Positions 39,280 to 51,625 of a stretch of DNA of 64,000 bases are shown here, piece after piece. The first letter of the stretch is position 1. Every line of letters starts with the position of its first letter. A program made the translations under genes and the position numbers. The notes below the pieces were generated by a model. It saw nothing but the letters and a program-made list of their open reading frames with translations, was not told where the DNA came from and ran no database searches. The DNA lies in NCBI GenBank assembly GCA_007376385.1, contig VMGC01000004.1:1-64000 (forward strand). The letters are read 5' to 3'. The stretch is from Parcubacteria group bacterium Gr01-1014_8 (GTDB taxonomy: Bacteria; Patescibacteriota; Minisyncoccia; Phycocordibacterales; UBA2100).

Positions 39280-40170
39280 ATGCGTCCGGCTTTTGTCGTT
39301 GAGTTTGCAACTCCAAAAAAATATCAGCTGAGAGGGTTGTGGTTTGGTCCAAGAAAACCGAAGTGTGCCATCGTGTGGATACATGGTCTCGGTGGTTCAG
39401 CGTTCAGTATGGGCTCGGTTGTTGAGAAATTAGTTAACAAAGACACGGCAGTTCTCACTTTTAATAACCGCGGATTTGAACGGGTTGCTGAAATAAAAAG
39501 AAAAATCGGCAAGAAAACAACATGGACGCGAGCGGGAGCCGCGCACGAGGTTTTTACGGATTGCCTCGATGATGTGCAAGGGGCCGTGAATGTTGCACGA
39601 AAGAGCGGCGCAAAAAATATCTATGTAGGCGGGCAATCTACAGGCTGCCAAAAATCAATCTATTGGGCGAGTACGGCAAAAGGCGGACAACGAATAAAGG
39701 GAATAATTCTCCTTGCACCAGTATCTGACTATGCCGGTGCGGCAAAGCGGCACGGAAAGAAAAAAATAGAGCGCGGTATCGCGTATGCTCGCCGGTTGAT
39801 CAAACAAGGCCGGAATCACGATTTGCTGCCACCATCTGTATGGTCTGAAGAATTGGATGATGCGCAGCGATTTTTGTCTCTCTATACGCCTGATAGCGTC
39901 GAAGAGATTTTTAGTTATGCGCTTCCCATGAAAGCCCCAAAAGTTCTGAAGTCCGTGAAAGTCCCAATTCTGACGCTGTGGGCGGGAAAAGATGAATATA
40001 CAGACAGGCCAGCGAAAAAAATTGAAGAATGGTTCAAAAAACATGTGAACGGCAACATTCTTACGTTTGCGACCATACAGGGCGCAACGCATGGATTCCG
40101 GAACAAAGAGAAGATAGTTGCACGAATGGTGCAACGATGGATGGCGCACAAGAGCGGGGCCAATTATTAA
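39280..40170 (+). CDS. alpha/beta-fold hydrolase
   Basis: Oxyanion-hole-like WIHGLGGSAF and nucleophile elbow GGQSTGCQ (G-x-S-x-G). The internal Met at 39280 avoids overlap with ahcY. Confidence 0.6.
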   Translation: MRPAFVVEFATPKKYQLRGLWFGPRKPKCAIVWIHGLGGSAFSMGSVVEKLVNKDTAVLTFNNRGFERVAEIKRKIGKKTTWTRAGAAHEVFTDCLDDVQGAVNVARKSGAKNIYVGGQSTGCQKSIYWASTAKGGQRIKGIILLAPVSDYAGAAKRHGKKKIERGIAYARRLIKQGRNHDLLPPSVWSEELDDAQRFLSLYTPDSVEEIFSYALPMKAPKVLKSVKVPILTLWAGKDEYTDRPAKKIEEWFKKHVNGNILTFATIQGATHGFRNKEKIVARMVQRWMAHKSGANY

Positions 40171-40175
40171 TTGCT

Positions 40176-40544
40176 ATGAGTGAAATAGGTGAAAAGAACG
40201 GTGATAAGAACAATGATAAGAACGTTGACAAAGGGCCTGAAGATATCAAGGAAAGTTCACTCGTCGAGATTTTTATAGATGGCAAGGATGAAACTGGCGG
40301 AAAGCAGCCTTCCTTTGTGTACGGAATTGTGACAAACACGGCGGATAAAACACTAGAGGGTCGGCCTATCAGGGTCTGGGTTGCAGGACACAAAAGCAAA
40401 GATTACGCGTGCGCTCCATCAAGTATCAGACCGTGCCTGCCCGCGCGAAGGCGCATTGTTATCGATATGCTCCGACTGCGGCTTTCTGCAGAACCTAATG
40501 AATATGTACAGCAACTCTTAGATAGAGCTGAGGCACGAATGTGA
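40176..40544 (+). CDS. hypothetical small acidic protein
   Basis: ORF 40029..40544, with the internal Met after the hydrolase stop preferred; low complexity (KNGDKNNDKNVDK). Confidence 0.3.
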   Translation: MSEIGEKNGDKNNDKNVDKGPEDIKESSLVEIFIDGKDETGGKQPSFVYGIVTNTADKTLEGRPIRVWVAGHKSKDYACAPSSIRPCLPARRRIVIDMLRLRLSAEPNEYVQQLLDRAEARM

Positions 40545-40610
40545 GTCTCTACAAGGCATGAAAGGTTTCAAACCCCTGGGCTAGCCCAGGACCCTCGCGA
40601 AAGAGCAGCG

Positions 40611-40735
40611 CTCTTTCGCGAACTTCCGCGGCCTGTCTGCGTGCATCGCACAGGCAGACAAGCCGCAGGGTTTTAAACCTTTGCTGTCTGCGTCGCTCGG
40701 AAATGAGAAATCTACGCTTTTTCATTTCGCTCGCT
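40611..40735 (+). repeat. copy B of the ~120-nt repeated structured element, immediately upstream of atpB
   Basis: tctgcgtgcatcgcacaggcagac hairpin, ttttaaacc, gctcggaaatgagaaa...tttttcatttcgctcgct. Relative to copy A, the second hairpin keeps pairing through a G-U wobble where A has an A-U pair. Confidence 0.45.
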
Positions 40736-40774
40736 ATCCTCGACAGATAAATATGTGCTAGAATCGCGTTTAAT

Positions 40775-41602
40775 ATGGCCATGGAATCGGCAGTGGAGCG
40801 TGCTGGCGAAGCGGCGGGCGCAGCTCACCTGCCTGCCGAAGCCTCGGCGCAGGCAGGCGAAACAGGTATTCACGTCGCTCTTGCCGCTGAACGGCTTGGC
40901 CACTTTCTCGGCATTCCGATAACGAATACGCTTGTTACAAGCCTTGCTGCGATGGGTATTCTCGTCATTCTATCATTTGTGATGCGAGGCCGTTTAAAAC
41001 TCATTCCTGGTAAATTCCAGACATTGCTCGAATACGCGTTCGAATTTGTGTACGACTACGTCGCCGAAACTCTTGAGAGCACCGAAATGGCGAGAAAATT
41101 CTTCCCGCTCCTTATGACAATATTCCTTTTCGTATTTACCGCAAATATTCTTGAATTTATCCCGGGCGTCGGCAGTCTCACGTTTGACCATCACCCGCTT
41201 TTCCGTGGCGCGAATACTGACCTCACAACCCCGCTTGTGCTCGCGTTGGTGTCTTTTTTCGTCATCGAGATAACCGGAATCTTGACGATTGGCATCTGGA
41301 AATACGGAAGTAAGTTCCTTCAGAATCCGCTTACAAATCCAGTCGGATTTGCGGTCGGGCTCATTGAGCTCATCGGCGAACTGGTGAGAGTCGTCTCGCT
41401 ATCGTTCCGGCTTTTCGGCAACATATTTGCCGGTGCGGTTGTTATCAGTGTCGCGACTTATTTCGCGCCGTATGGAGTTCCGGTATTGTTGATGCTGTTC
41501 GAGATATTCATCGGCTTTTTGCAGGCAGCCGTATTTGCGCTTCTCACGCTCTTTTTCATCAAACTCGCTATCGAGGAACCGCACCGCGAAGAAGCGCACT
41601 AA
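40775..41602 (+). CDS. atpB: F0F1 ATP synthase subunit a
   Basis: Five or more TM helices with conserved LSFRLFGNIFAG (the essential Arg) and the FIGFLQAAVFALLTL C-terminal helix. Confidence 0.8.
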   Translation: MAMESAVERAGEAAGAAHLPAEASAQAGETGIHVALAAERLGHFLGIPITNTLVTSLAAMGILVILSFVMRGRLKLIPGKFQTLLEYAFEFVYDYVAETLESTEMARKFFPLLMTIFLFVFTANILEFIPGVGSLTFDHHPLFRGANTDLTTPLVLALVSFFVIEITGILTIGIWKYGSKFLQNPLTNPVGFAVGLIELIGELVRVVSLSFRLFGNIFAGAVVISVATYFAPYGVPVLLMLFEIFIGFLQAAVFALLTLFFIKLAIEEPHREEAH

Positions 41603-41608
41603 GCCGAG

Positions 41609-42079
41609 CTACGGCTTGATAGGAATTTCTTGAAATATGTGTTCTGTACCGCTTGGCGCGAATGCGTAGTCTGCGAAGCGTATCCACGTGGGTCGTATCC
41701 AGATAACAGCAGTCTTTTCAGGGTTCAGTTTGGACACGGGCGCAAAGAAATATGGATTGGCGTTGTATACATCCAAGATCTTGCTCCGTGTGCTTTGCAT
41801 GTCAGCGTCAAGAGAGACGTCTTTTGCCATGCCCTCTATTTGTATTGTTTGCGGTACATCTTCTCGCATGACGGTGAAAGCGACCTGCGGGTGCGCCGAT
41901 AGCGATGCATACTTTCGGCTCGAGGGGAGTGTTAGGAAATACACGTTGAATTCATCGTCGGCATAGTAATGAATGGCACTTGCATGCGGAATGTTGTCGT
42001 GTCCTGCGGTAGCAAGCACGCCCGTTTTGTTACGCTTTAGGAATGCAAGGGCATCGGCTCGTGCCGCCTGGTCGCTCAT
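41609..42079 (-). CDS. pyridoxamine 5'-phosphate oxidase-like FMN-binding protein
   Basis: ALAFLKRNKTGVLATAGHDNIPHASAIHYYADDEFNVYFLT matches the PNPOx-like split-barrel N-terminal pattern. Encoded antisense between atpB and atpE. Confidence 0.55.
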   Translation of the reverse strand: MSDQAARADALAFLKRNKTGVLATAGHDNIPHASAIHYYADDEFNVYFLTLPSSRKYASLSAHPQVAFTVMREDVPQTIQIEGMAKDVSLDADMQSTRSKILDVYNANPYFFAPVSKLNPEKTAVIWIRPTWIRFADYAFAPSGTEHIFQEIPIKP

Positions 42080-42282
42080 GGTGCCTATACTACCATTTAA
42101 TACTCTATTCAAAGGGATTGAGACGTTGAAATACTGTGCTATTATGCCGGCATTCGCATTTTATTGGCGGCGTAGAGCGAGGAAGGGAAAAGCATTCATT
42201 TTCATTTCCGAGCCGATGAGCCAAGATAGGATCGAATACCCCGCGGCTTGCCGCGGCATGAGTATCCTTTATTAATTACTAG

Positions 42283-42525
<243 letters not shown>

Positions 42526-42561
42526 ATCGGCGCACCATAGCGCCGAACGCTTTTTTGGCTC

Positions 42562-43011
42562 ATGTCTGAATTATTCGCAGCTTTTGGCATTAACTGGAAA
42601 CTCCTCTTGATCCAGGCGTTCAATTTCGGCATTTTGCTATTGGTGTTGTGGAAATACCTCTATACGCCTGTTCTGCGAATAATCGATGAACGACGGCAAA
42701 AAATGGCAGAAGGTGTAAAAAACGCAGAAGAGGCCGAAAAAAAACTAGCGTCAGCAGAAAGCGAAGGAAAAGATATAGTATCGAACGCTTCTCGCGAAGC
42801 AGAAGGAATGGTCGTTGCGGCACGAACTCGGGCGGGAGAAAAAGAAGATGAAATTATCAAGGAGGCTGAAAGCAGAGCGGACGTCATACTTCGGGAGGCA
42901 GCCGCGAGGGCGGAAGAAGTGAACCGTCAAATGCTTGCGACAAGCGCTCGTGACATTGCAAAGGCGGCGGTACTCGCCGCGGAGAAAATACTTCGACAAA
43001 AAAACGCATGA
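42562..43011 (+). CDS. atpF: F0F1 ATP synthase subunit b
   Basis: N-terminal TM helix then a long charged Ala/Glu/Arg-rich helix; position in the operon. Confidence 0.7.
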   Translation: MSELFAAFGINWKLLLIQAFNFGILLLVLWKYLYTPVLRIIDERRQKMAEGVKNAEEAEKKLASAESEGKDIVSNASREAEGMVVAARTRAGEKEDEIIKEAESRADVILREAAARAEEVNRQMLATSARDIAKAAVLAAEKILRQKNA

Positions 43012-43134
43012 TGCTGCTTCCTCGAACTATGAAAACCTTTCATCAAACCAATACGTATGCATCGGGTGGTACCATGAGGTCAAACGCTGTTTTATATTAC
43101 GCGCAAGAATAATTCGTCATTATACAAACCTGGT

Positions 43135-43521
43135 ATGGAAAAATCGTACGCGCAAGCTCTGTGGAATTGTGTCGAGAGGGGAATGGAGCCTGCGCATGCC
43201 GTGCGCTCGCTTCACCAAGGGCTTGAAAGACGAGGACGCGCTTCCCTGTGGCCGCAAATTGCGCGCGCATTTGAACGGCTCGCGTCGAGAGAGTCGCAAA
43301 AGAATCGCTCGGTCTTGATCGTCGCCGATAAAAGTCATGAGAAAGAAGCGCGTAAAGAGTCGGACGCGGAAGATGCCCGTCTCGTCGTTGATACAGGTTT
43401 GATCGGTGGATGGCGCTTTGAAAATAACGAGCAGTTGATTGATGCGAGTTTTAAGAAAAATCTTCTTGAATTGTATCAGCGGTCGACAAATGGTATGCAT
43501 TCGGCGGGCTACCAGCAGTAA
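43135..43521 (+). CDS. atpH: F0F1 ATP synthase subunit delta (short, 128 aa)
   Basis: Operon position between b and alpha; C-terminal [25 protein letters not shown] resembles the OSCP/delta C-terminal motif. Shorter than the typical ~180 aa. Confidence 0.6.
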   Translation: MEKSYAQALWNCVERGMEPAHAVRSLHQGLERRGRASLWPQIARAFERLASRESQKNRSVLIVADKSHEKEARKESDAEDARLVVDTGLIGGWRFENNEQLIDASFKKNLLELYQRSTNGMHSAGYQQ

Positions 43522-43538
43522 GTTGCGAGCTACCCACT

Positions 43539-45110
43539 ATGGATTCAAAAGTTGTTCAAAAAATAGTAAATGAGATAGAAAAGTATCAACCGAAGGTTGA
43601 GAGCACACACGTCGGGCATGTGACGGCTGTGGGGGATGGAGTCGTCGCAATTGACGGACTATCGAAAGCGGTCATGAGCGAGATCGTGGAATTCGAGGAG
43701 ACGGGAGGAAAATCTTTGAAGGATTCAATGGAGACAGGCGGCACATTGTATGGCCTTGTGCTCAACTTGGAAGAAGACAGTGTGCGTGCGACGATCCTCG
43801 GTGATTCTGCAAGGGTTAGCGAGGGCATGACCGTAAAGTCAACCGGCCGGATCTTGTCGGTACCATCCGGGGATGAGCTACTTGGCCGCGTTGTGAACGC
43901 GCTCGGCGAACCAATTGATGGCAAAGGCCCTTTCAAGAATCCGACCATGATGCCCGTTGAGCGCGAAGCGTATGGCGTTATCTTTCGAAAATCAGTTTCG
44001 GTGCCTCTGCAGACCGGTGTAAAAGCAATCGACGCGACGATCCCGATAGGCCGCGGACAGCGAGAACTCATCATCGGCGACCGCTCGACTGGAAAAACAA
44101 CTATTGCCATCGATACTATCATCAATCAGAAGAATGAACCTGCCGAAAAAAGGCCCATTTGCATCTATGTCGCCATCGGTCAAAAGGAATCAAAAACAGC
44201 GCGTATCGTTGCGCAGCTGAGCGGGGAGGGGGCAATGGGGTACACAATTATCGTGGATGCACCTGCGTCTGCTCCCGCGGCGCTGCAATTTCTTGCACCA
44301 TTCGCTGGAGCTGCTATTGGCGAATACTTCATGGACCGAGGGAAGGACGTCTTGATAATTTATGACGACCTTTCAAAGCAGGCCGTCGCATACCGCCAGC
44401 TCTCACTTCTCCTCCGCCGACCGCCTGGTCGCGAGGCATATCCGGGGGACATCTTTTACCTGCATTCGCGCCTTTTGGAGAGGGCAGCGCGGCTCTCTGA
44501 TGAAAAAGGAGGCGGTTCGCTTACCGCGCTTCCGATCATTGAAACTCTGGACGGCGACATTTCTGCCTACATTCCAACAAACGTCATTTCCATCACCGAC
44601 GGTCAGATATTCCTAACAGCAGATCTCTTCAACAAAGGAGTGCGTCCGGCAGTGGATGTTGGTACCTCCGTATCCCGTGTCGGTTCTGCGGCTCAGACGA
44701 AAGCGATGAAAAGCGTAGCAGGAACACTTCGATTGGAACTGGCTCAATTCCGCGAACTCGAAGCGTTCATGCAATTTGCGCAGGACCTGGACAAAGCAAC
44801 TGCGGAGAAGATCGAAACCGGCCGCCGTATGGTGGAAGTGTTGAAGCAAAAGAACGGCGAACCGATGCCTCTTGAGCGGCAAGTTGTTGCCATTTACGCG
44901 GCAGGACAGAGGTTTTTTGCGGATGCTCCGGCAGCAAAAGTGACGGCAGTAGAGAAGAGACTTCTTGAATTCTTTGATAATAGATATTCTGAAGTTTTTA
45001 AAGCTATTAAAGAAAGAGGCATTATCGGCGATGACACGAAGAAGTTGCTCGATAAGGGGCTTCAAGAATTCAAGCAAGCTCAAAAAGAACTCTTCTCCCT
45101 TGCGAAATAG
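43539..45110 (+). CDS. atpA: F0F1 ATP synthase subunit alpha
   Basis: Walker [16 protein letters not shown], ...[43 protein letters not shown]..., 523 aa. Confidence 0.95.
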   Translation: MDSKVVQKIVNEIEKYQPKVESTHVGHVTAVGDGVVAIDGLSKAVMSEIVEFEETGGKSLKDSMETGGTLYGLVLNLEEDSVRATILGDSARVSEGMTVKSTGRILSVPSGDELLGRVVNALGEPIDGKGPFKNPTMMPVEREAYGVIFRKSVSVPLQTGVKAIDATIPIGRGQRELIIGDRSTGKTTIAIDTIINQKNEPAEKRPICIYVAIGQKESKTARIVAQLSGEGAMGYTIIVDAPASAPAALQFLAPFAGAAIGEYFMDRGKDVLIIYDDLSKQAVAYRQLSLLLRRPPGREAYPGDIFYLHSRLLERAARLSDEKGGGSLTALPIIETLDGDISAYIPTNVISITDGQIFLTADLFNKGVRPAVDVGTSVSRVGSAAQTKAMKSVAGTLRLELAQFRELEAFMQFAQDLDKATAEKIETGRRMVEVLKQKNGEPMPLERQVVAIYAAGQRFFADAPAAKVTAVEKRLLEFFDNRYSEVFKAIKERGIIGDDTKKLLDKGLQEFKQAQKELFSLAK

Positions 45111-45113
45111 AGT

Positions 45114-46028
45114 ATGGCGGGATTGAAGAACATCAAGTTGAAGATTCAATCCGTAAAGAAGACCTCCACGGTAACCCGTGCGATGGAGGCGGTTTCTGCC
45201 GTAAAGATGCGAAAGGCGCAGCAGCGCGCTTTGACGGCAAGGCCGTACGCACTTTCTGCTTTCCGCGTTCTTCGCGGACTTTCAGGGAGCGTTGACCTCT
45301 TGAGCCATCCCTTAATGACTGAAAGAAAGGAGGGGAGAATTGCGGTCTTGTTGATAACGAGCGACAAAGGCCTCGCGGGCAGTTTGAATAGCGCAGTCCT
45401 TAAGAAAGTGGAGAATTTCATTAAAGGCAGAAATCTTAAACGAGACGACCTTATTTTTCTCTGTCTCGGAAAGCGCGGCTACGAATTCGCGCAGGCGCGC
45501 GGGTACAAAGTCGCGCATCGCCATATAAATATTTCGGACGATATCGACCTTGAAGAATTCGAGCAGATAACGAAACAAATAACGACACTGTATAACGACG
45601 GGATCGTGCGCGATGTGCATGCTGCATATACGAACTATGTTTCAACCTTCGAACAGCGCGCCGCGATGCACAAGATCCTTCCACTTTCGAGACTCATCGT
45701 TGAGCACATAGTTGCAGATATTGCGACGCCACGAGGAAAACTGTTAGACAAATTTGAGGCTGACGCCGTCCCAACATACATGGTAGAGCCCGATGCATCG
45801 GAAGTATTCACAATGCTTTTGCCGTTGCTCGTGAATGTGGCCATCTTTCACAAGCTATTGGAATCGAAAGCATCAGAACACTCGGCACGCATGGTTGCCA
45901 TGAAGAGCGCAACCGATAAGGCAAAGGAAATGTCACAAATTCTTACTCGCAAATTCAACAAGATCCGCCAAGCGGCGATCACGCGTGAAGTTTCAGAAAT
46001 TACAAGCGGTATCGAGGCGATGAAATAG
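45114..46028 (+). CDS. atpG: F0F1 ATP synthase subunit gamma
   Basis: N-terminal MAGLKNIKLKIQSVKKTSTVTRAMEAVSAVKMRKAQ and C-terminal ...ITREVSEITSGIEAMK helices typical of gamma. Confidence 0.85.
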   Translation: MAGLKNIKLKIQSVKKTSTVTRAMEAVSAVKMRKAQQRALTARPYALSAFRVLRGLSGSVDLLSHPLMTERKEGRIAVLLITSDKGLAGSLNSAVLKKVENFIKGRNLKRDDLIFLCLGKRGYEFAQARGYKVAHRHINISDDIDLEEFEQITKQITTLYNDGIVRDVHAAYTNYVSTFEQRAAMHKILPLSRLIVEHIVADIATPRGKLLDKFEADAVPTYMVEPDASEVFTMLLPLLVNVAIFHKLLESKASEHSARMVAMKSATDKAKEMSQILTRKFNKIRQAAITREVSEITSGIEAMK

Positions 46029-46030
46029 AT

Positions 46031-46468
46031 ATGTCAGACTCCCCTGATTGGTTAGGCAAGCTGAAACATATCGGAAGCGATAGTCCGCTCGTGAAAGAGG
46101 GATTGAGCCGAATGCAAGGTACAATGAACACATTTACCGCACGTTTTTCGCCGATTTCTTCTGAGGTTAATCGAATCACCGCAACGAAACTTTGGAAAGA
46201 GCAAGTTATACCGATATTTGCTCGCGCGATCCACGAAATAAACTACCTCGACATCGTTAAAAACCGCGGTCTTGCCAATCCACTCCGGCATCAGGCATTG
46301 TCTGCCGCCGACGATAAGTTGAGGCAAGCGGAAGCCGAGTGTCGAAATATGAACACACAAAGCAGACTCGCGGCGCTTGTAGGTCCAGAGGATGAAATTC
46401 GGCGTTTGAGAATTGAACTCTGGGGATTCCTCCTAGCGTGGGACAAGGCTGAGCTTTCAAGTGATTAG
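46031..46468 (+). CDS. hypothetical protein (145 aa) inserted between atpG and atpD
   Basis: ORF starting 3 nt after the atpG stop; helical; no match to a known ATP synthase subunit recognized. Confidence 0.4.
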   Translation: MSDSPDWLGKLKHIGSDSPLVKEGLSRMQGTMNTFTARFSPISSEVNRITATKLWKEQVIPIFARAIHEINYLDIVKNRGLANPLRHQALSAADDKLRQAEAECRNMNTQSRLAALVGPEDEIRRLRIELWGFLLAWDKAELSSD

Positions 46469-46500
46469 GATTGAATTTATTTATAAAACCTGTAATCTAG

Positions 46501-47886
<1,386 letters not shown>

Positions 47887-47887
47887 T

Positions 47888-48136
47888 ATGGTTGCTGTGA
47901 GAACGTTTCGGCTCGTCATAACATCTGTTACGGGAGCACAATTCGATGGCGATGCTATTTCCGCGACGCTACCTGGTTCTGCCGGCGAAATGACGATCCT
48001 TGCGCATCACGAACCCCTCGTTAGCACGCTTCGAAAAGGTTCGATAAAAGTGAGGACAGAACAAGGCTCACAGGAGATAAAAGTGGAAAAGGGGGTTGTG
48101 GAGTGCTCAAGCAACCGCGTCACCATCTTAGTCTAG
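47888..48136 (+). CDS. atpC: F0F1 ATP synthase subunit epsilon (N-terminal beta-sandwich only, 82 aa)
   Basis: Starts 2 nt after the atpD stop; LVITSVTGAQFDGDAISATLPGSAGEMTILAHHEPLVSTL matches the epsilon beta-sandwich; lacks the C-terminal helical hairpin. Confidence 0.7.
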   Translation: MVAVRTFRLVITSVTGAQFDGDAISATLPGSAGEMTILAHHEPLVSTLRKGSIKVRTEQGSQEIKVEKGVVECSSNRVTILV

Positions 48137-48195
48137 TGCAGTTTTCAACATTAGAAAGCAGATGGGCGTCAAAGTAAAGGTACAATTGCCATATC

Positions 48196-49293
48196 ATGCG
48201 CGTACATGCGGTGTATACCGTTGGTTTTCTCGCCAGTGTGGTGATGATTCTTTTGATTCCCGGGTGGATCCTTGCAGCTCTGCCTACCGGTTTGACGCCG
48301 AAAGTAACATTTAGCGGAGCCGCTTCGACCTACAATCCGCAGTGCGAAGCTGAACAGTGGAATACATCAACAGGACAGAGATACAATCCGAATGAATGGG
48401 CCGCAGCGTTGCAACAAGGCTATGCGCAAAAATATCGATGCGGGTACGGCACGGGCAGAGTATGTTGTGCTGTTGTACAAGAACCCGGGGGTCGAGCTCT
48501 TATACTTAAGATAAATGATAATGGTCCTCTCAAACCGGGGAGGGTCATCGATTTGAATGAAAAATCAATGCGGTACCTTAGCTACGAAAAGTTCGGCAAT
48601 TGTAACGGATTGATCCCCCGTGTGAGCGTGGCGCTCCTAGACGGGTCGAGCTGTCCAATGGGTCCGGTCGAAGAAGCCGACAAGAAAGCTTGGAACGATA
48701 AAGTTGTAAGCGCACCTGCAGACACAGGACCGGTAGGTCCAAGCGCGGCTACCGGAGTCCCAGCACCGAGCGGTTTTCCAACAACCATCGGCCAGGCCTA
48801 TCAGGGGAATCAACCAACACAGGCGCAGCAGTATATGCCTTCACAGCCGGCGGTAGCGCAGAACCAGCCGGGGGGAATGCAACCGACGTCATACTTCAAC
48901 CCGCAACAGCCTGCGCAAAATCCATCAATGCCTTTGCCTTCCATGTCCCAACCCGCAGCGCAAGACAGTACGCAGATCGAGTCGGTCACAGAACGGATCT
49001 CGAATTTTCTAAAAGGTGGTACAACGGAAAAACCCATTGATACGAAGTCGCTCACGTTTGATTCACGTGTAAGTTCGAAAGTGATACTTTCTCCGGAGCA
49101 CCCAGCGTCCGGCAGTTCGGCAAGTACGAGCTCAAGCACGCCGCTGGCGCCGTCGCAAACCTTCGTTTCGCCCGACATGGCTTTCTCTGAGCCGAGTGAG
49201 CCCGTGAATCAGCGGCTGATCGCTATTCTCGAGACAATTCGCTTAGCCGCGCTCAAACTGTTGGCGAGGTTGAGACAACTAGTACCGCTCTGA
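48196..49293 (+). CDS. secreted RlpA-like double-psi beta-barrel (DPBB) protein with Pro/Gln-rich C-terminal region
   Basis: Signal anchor, then GAASTYNP...GQRYNPNEWAAA...ALILKINDNGPLKPGRVIDLNEKSMRYL, matching the RlpA DPBB pattern (G-AS-Y...G..Y.......AAH......V.NDRGP...GR.IDLS). Confidence 0.6.
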   Translation: MRVHAVYTVGFLASVVMILLIPGWILAALPTGLTPKVTFSGAASTYNPQCEAEQWNTSTGQRYNPNEWAAALQQGYAQKYRCGYGTGRVCCAVVQEPGGRALILKINDNGPLKPGRVIDLNEKSMRYLSYEKFGNCNGLIPRVSVALLDGSSCPMGPVEEADKKAWNDKVVSAPADTGPVGPSAATGVPAPSGFPTTIGQAYQGNQPTQAQQYMPSQPAVAQNQPGGMQPTSYFNPQQPAQNPSMPLPSMSQPAAQDSTQIESVTERISNFLKGGTTEKPIDTKSLTFDSRVSSKVILSPEHPASGSSASTSSSTPLAPSQTFVSPDMAFSEPSEPVNQRLIAILETIRLAALKLLARLRQLVPL

Positions 49294-49362
49294 AGAACAG
49301 GAGAGCGTGTTTTCAACACCTTGGCGTCATGACAGGCATCTAAACGTTACAATGGAGCGAAT

Positions 49363-51276
49363 ATGCGGGCTATCCTAGGCCTTTGTTTTGTGTTGCTAGC
49401 GGCTTTACCGGTGTTCGCCATCACAGTGCCTGCAAATCCAACGACTGACGCAGAGCAGGCGGAAAGATCCTGCGCGGGCGAACAAACCGCAAAAACCGGT
49501 GAAGACGCAAAAGGAAAAATCGATTGTTCTCTAAAGTGCGGATCGAGAGTGATGAAGGTTGAGAAGGGAAAAGTTGTCATAACAAAAGACGAAAAAGGAA
49601 AGCAGTGCAGCGACCTTCAAAAAAATGTAATTTGCAAAACGTTGCCCAATAGTCCCGATTGCTGCACAGGCACCATCAGGTTTGTTTCGCCTGACATTCG
49701 AACGCCGGATAGGGTATTTTCTCGGTGCTCTCGCGATGATAAAGAGATCGAAAAGCAGGCTGAGCTGTTTGAAAATCTTGCAGGGAGGCAGCAGACTGCA
49801 ACAAATCTCAATGACCTTATTCAGTCAGTCGATCCGGATCTGCCATTGCCTGAAGGCATCCATCAAGAACTCAAGAACGGTCTTATGGAGCTCGGTTTTA
49901 CGCCCGGCCAGGCGGATGAGCTCATTCCTAAACTTGTCGGAAATCAGCAGAGTGCGGAAGATGCGCTCGATAAGATAGCGACGGGCAGAGCAGGATCTAT
50001 TACTGCAGACGAGCATGGTTTCAGCCTTTCTGACGCTGAGCGCTCGAATTTGCAGGCGCATATGGAAGCTTTGCAACCCGGTGAGCGTCCGCTCGACGAA
50101 GAACAGACTGACCCCGCCGTCGCGAGATGCAACGCTGGCGAAGAGTGTCCGGATAATACGTTCAAAGATGACGAAAAGGATGCATTGCTTCATCAGGCGG
50201 CGCTAAAAGATGATGTTGCAGACATGTGCGGGAAGCTCGACGGATGTTCCGTGGAATGCAGTGCAAGAAATCCGCTCGTATGCGTGACTCAGAATCCCGG
50301 TGCCGTCGTGTGCAGTCCTATTGCTAGAAGATTCGGTTGCAGTACGTGCGATCCCAACAATAACACTGCAATATGTCCGTCCATGGAAGCAGGAATTGCA
50401 TTGCAGGCTGTGCTCCTCCGTGAGAATGGTCGTTACTTCGGCTCCGGACAGAAATCAATACTTCAGGCATTTTGCAGCGGTTATTCGGCATCAAATTGCG
50501 GTCCGTATGCGCAATTCGTCGCCAGTCGAACGAGTATACCCATCAATCAAACTATTGACCCAAACAATACGGAACAGTTGGCGCGCATCATGATGGCGAG
50601 TTCTCGTTTTGAAAGCGGCCGGGGCGTGCTGTATTCGCCTGAACAGTTGCAACACGGTCTGGAGATCGCGTACGGTACGAGGGAACTCCCGCCCGCGACG
50701 CCAGGGTATGTCCCAAATTTCACTGCCGGCGGCTTGCCTAACGCTACGTCGCCATTCAACATTGGCTATGGAAATGATCCGTTCAGCACCGGCTTCGGGT
50801 CTCCCTTCGGCACGGGGACAAATGTGGGAACTCCGACAAATGTCGGGTACCCCACGAACACCGGGTATCCGGCCCAAAGTGGCTACGGCAGCGGGGGGAT
50901 CCCAGGGGGAACGGGGCCATCGCAAATCCCTGTTTCCCCGATCCCAATATCTCAGATCATTGATCCTCAAGGTCAGATGATGACCGTCGTGTCGATGCAG
51001 CCTGTGATAACGCTCATCGCAGAGCCAAATGAGATAGTACGAGGAAAAGGGGCTATCGTCTCATGGTCAGCGGTTGGTGTGAAGACGGAACCGAAATGTT
51101 CAATAACGAAAAGCGGTGTCGCAGGTTCGGGTACGTTTGCGGGGGGCAACGACGGCGCCAAACGTCTGAAAACGACGAAACAAATGTCGCCCGGCGTTGT
51201 TACACTTACAATGAAGTGTGTTTCAAGCGCAACAGGCCAAGTGCTCGAAAAAGGACAGCAAATCACCGTACGATGA
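49363..51276 (+). CDS. large secreted Cys-rich / Gly-rich hypothetical protein (637 aa)
   Basis: Signal peptide MRAILGLCFVLLAALPVFA; more than 30 Cys in clustered patterns; C-terminal Gly/Pro/Thr repeats (GTPTNVGYPTNTGYP). Confidence 0.5.
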   Translation: MRAILGLCFVLLAALPVFAITVPANPTTDAEQAERSCAGEQTAKTGEDAKGKIDCSLKCGSRVMKVEKGKVVITKDEKGKQCSDLQKNVICKTLPNSPDCCTGTIRFVSPDIRTPDRVFSRCSRDDKEIEKQAELFENLAGRQQTATNLNDLIQSVDPDLPLPEGIHQELKNGLMELGFTPGQADELIPKLVGNQQSAEDALDKIATGRAGSITADEHGFSLSDAERSNLQAHMEALQPGERPLDEEQTDPAVARCNAGEECPDNTFKDDEKDALLHQAALKDDVADMCGKLDGCSVECSARNPLVCVTQNPGAVVCSPIARRFGCSTCDPNNNTAICPSMEAGIALQAVLLRENGRYFGSGQKSILQAFCSGYSASNCGPYAQFVASRTSIPINQTIDPNNTEQLARIMMASSRFESGRGVLYSPEQLQHGLEIAYGTRELPPATPGYVPNFTAGGLPNATSPFNIGYGNDPFSTGFGSPFGTGTNVGTPTNVGYPTNTGYPAQSGYGSGGIPGGTGPSQIPVSPIPISQIIDPQGQMMTVVSMQPVITLIAEPNEIVRGKGAIVSWSAVGVKTEPKCSITKSGVAGSGTFAGGNDGAKRLKTTKQMSPGVVTLTMKCVSSATGQVLEKGQQITVR

Positions 51277-51584
51277 CACAAACACCTGCATTTCAGAAAA
51301 ACGTCGAGGACTTTACGTGCGAACACTGCGGCGCACTCGTGAGGGGTGATGGATATACGAATCATTGTCCAAAATGCCTATGGAGCAAGCATGTCGATAT
51401 GCATCCGGGCGATCGCTCAAACCCATGCCACGGCATGATGGAACCCGTTTCTATCGAGGGCGGTCCGCACGAATATAGGGTGGTTCACCGCTGTCAGAAA
51501 TGCTCCGCCAAAAAGCGCAATATTATCGGCCCTGAAGACGATATGAATATCGTGATAGCACTTGCCGGCAAGCAACATTCCTAA
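51273..51584 (+). CDS. RNHCP-domain zinc-ribbon protein
   Basis: FTCEHCGALVRGDGYTNHCPKCLWSKHVD contains the RNHCP signature (..N-H-C-P..) with CxxC pairs. The start overlaps the upstream stop (ATGA). Confidence 0.5.
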   Translation: MTQTPAFQKNVEDFTCEHCGALVRGDGYTNHCPKCLWSKHVDMHPGDRSNPCHGMMEPVSIEGGPHEYRVVHRCQKCSAKKRNIIGPEDDMNIVIALAGKQHS

Positions 51585-51625
51585 GTGAACAGGACAGGAA
51601 AAGTTGAAGGTGGTATTATTTAAAC

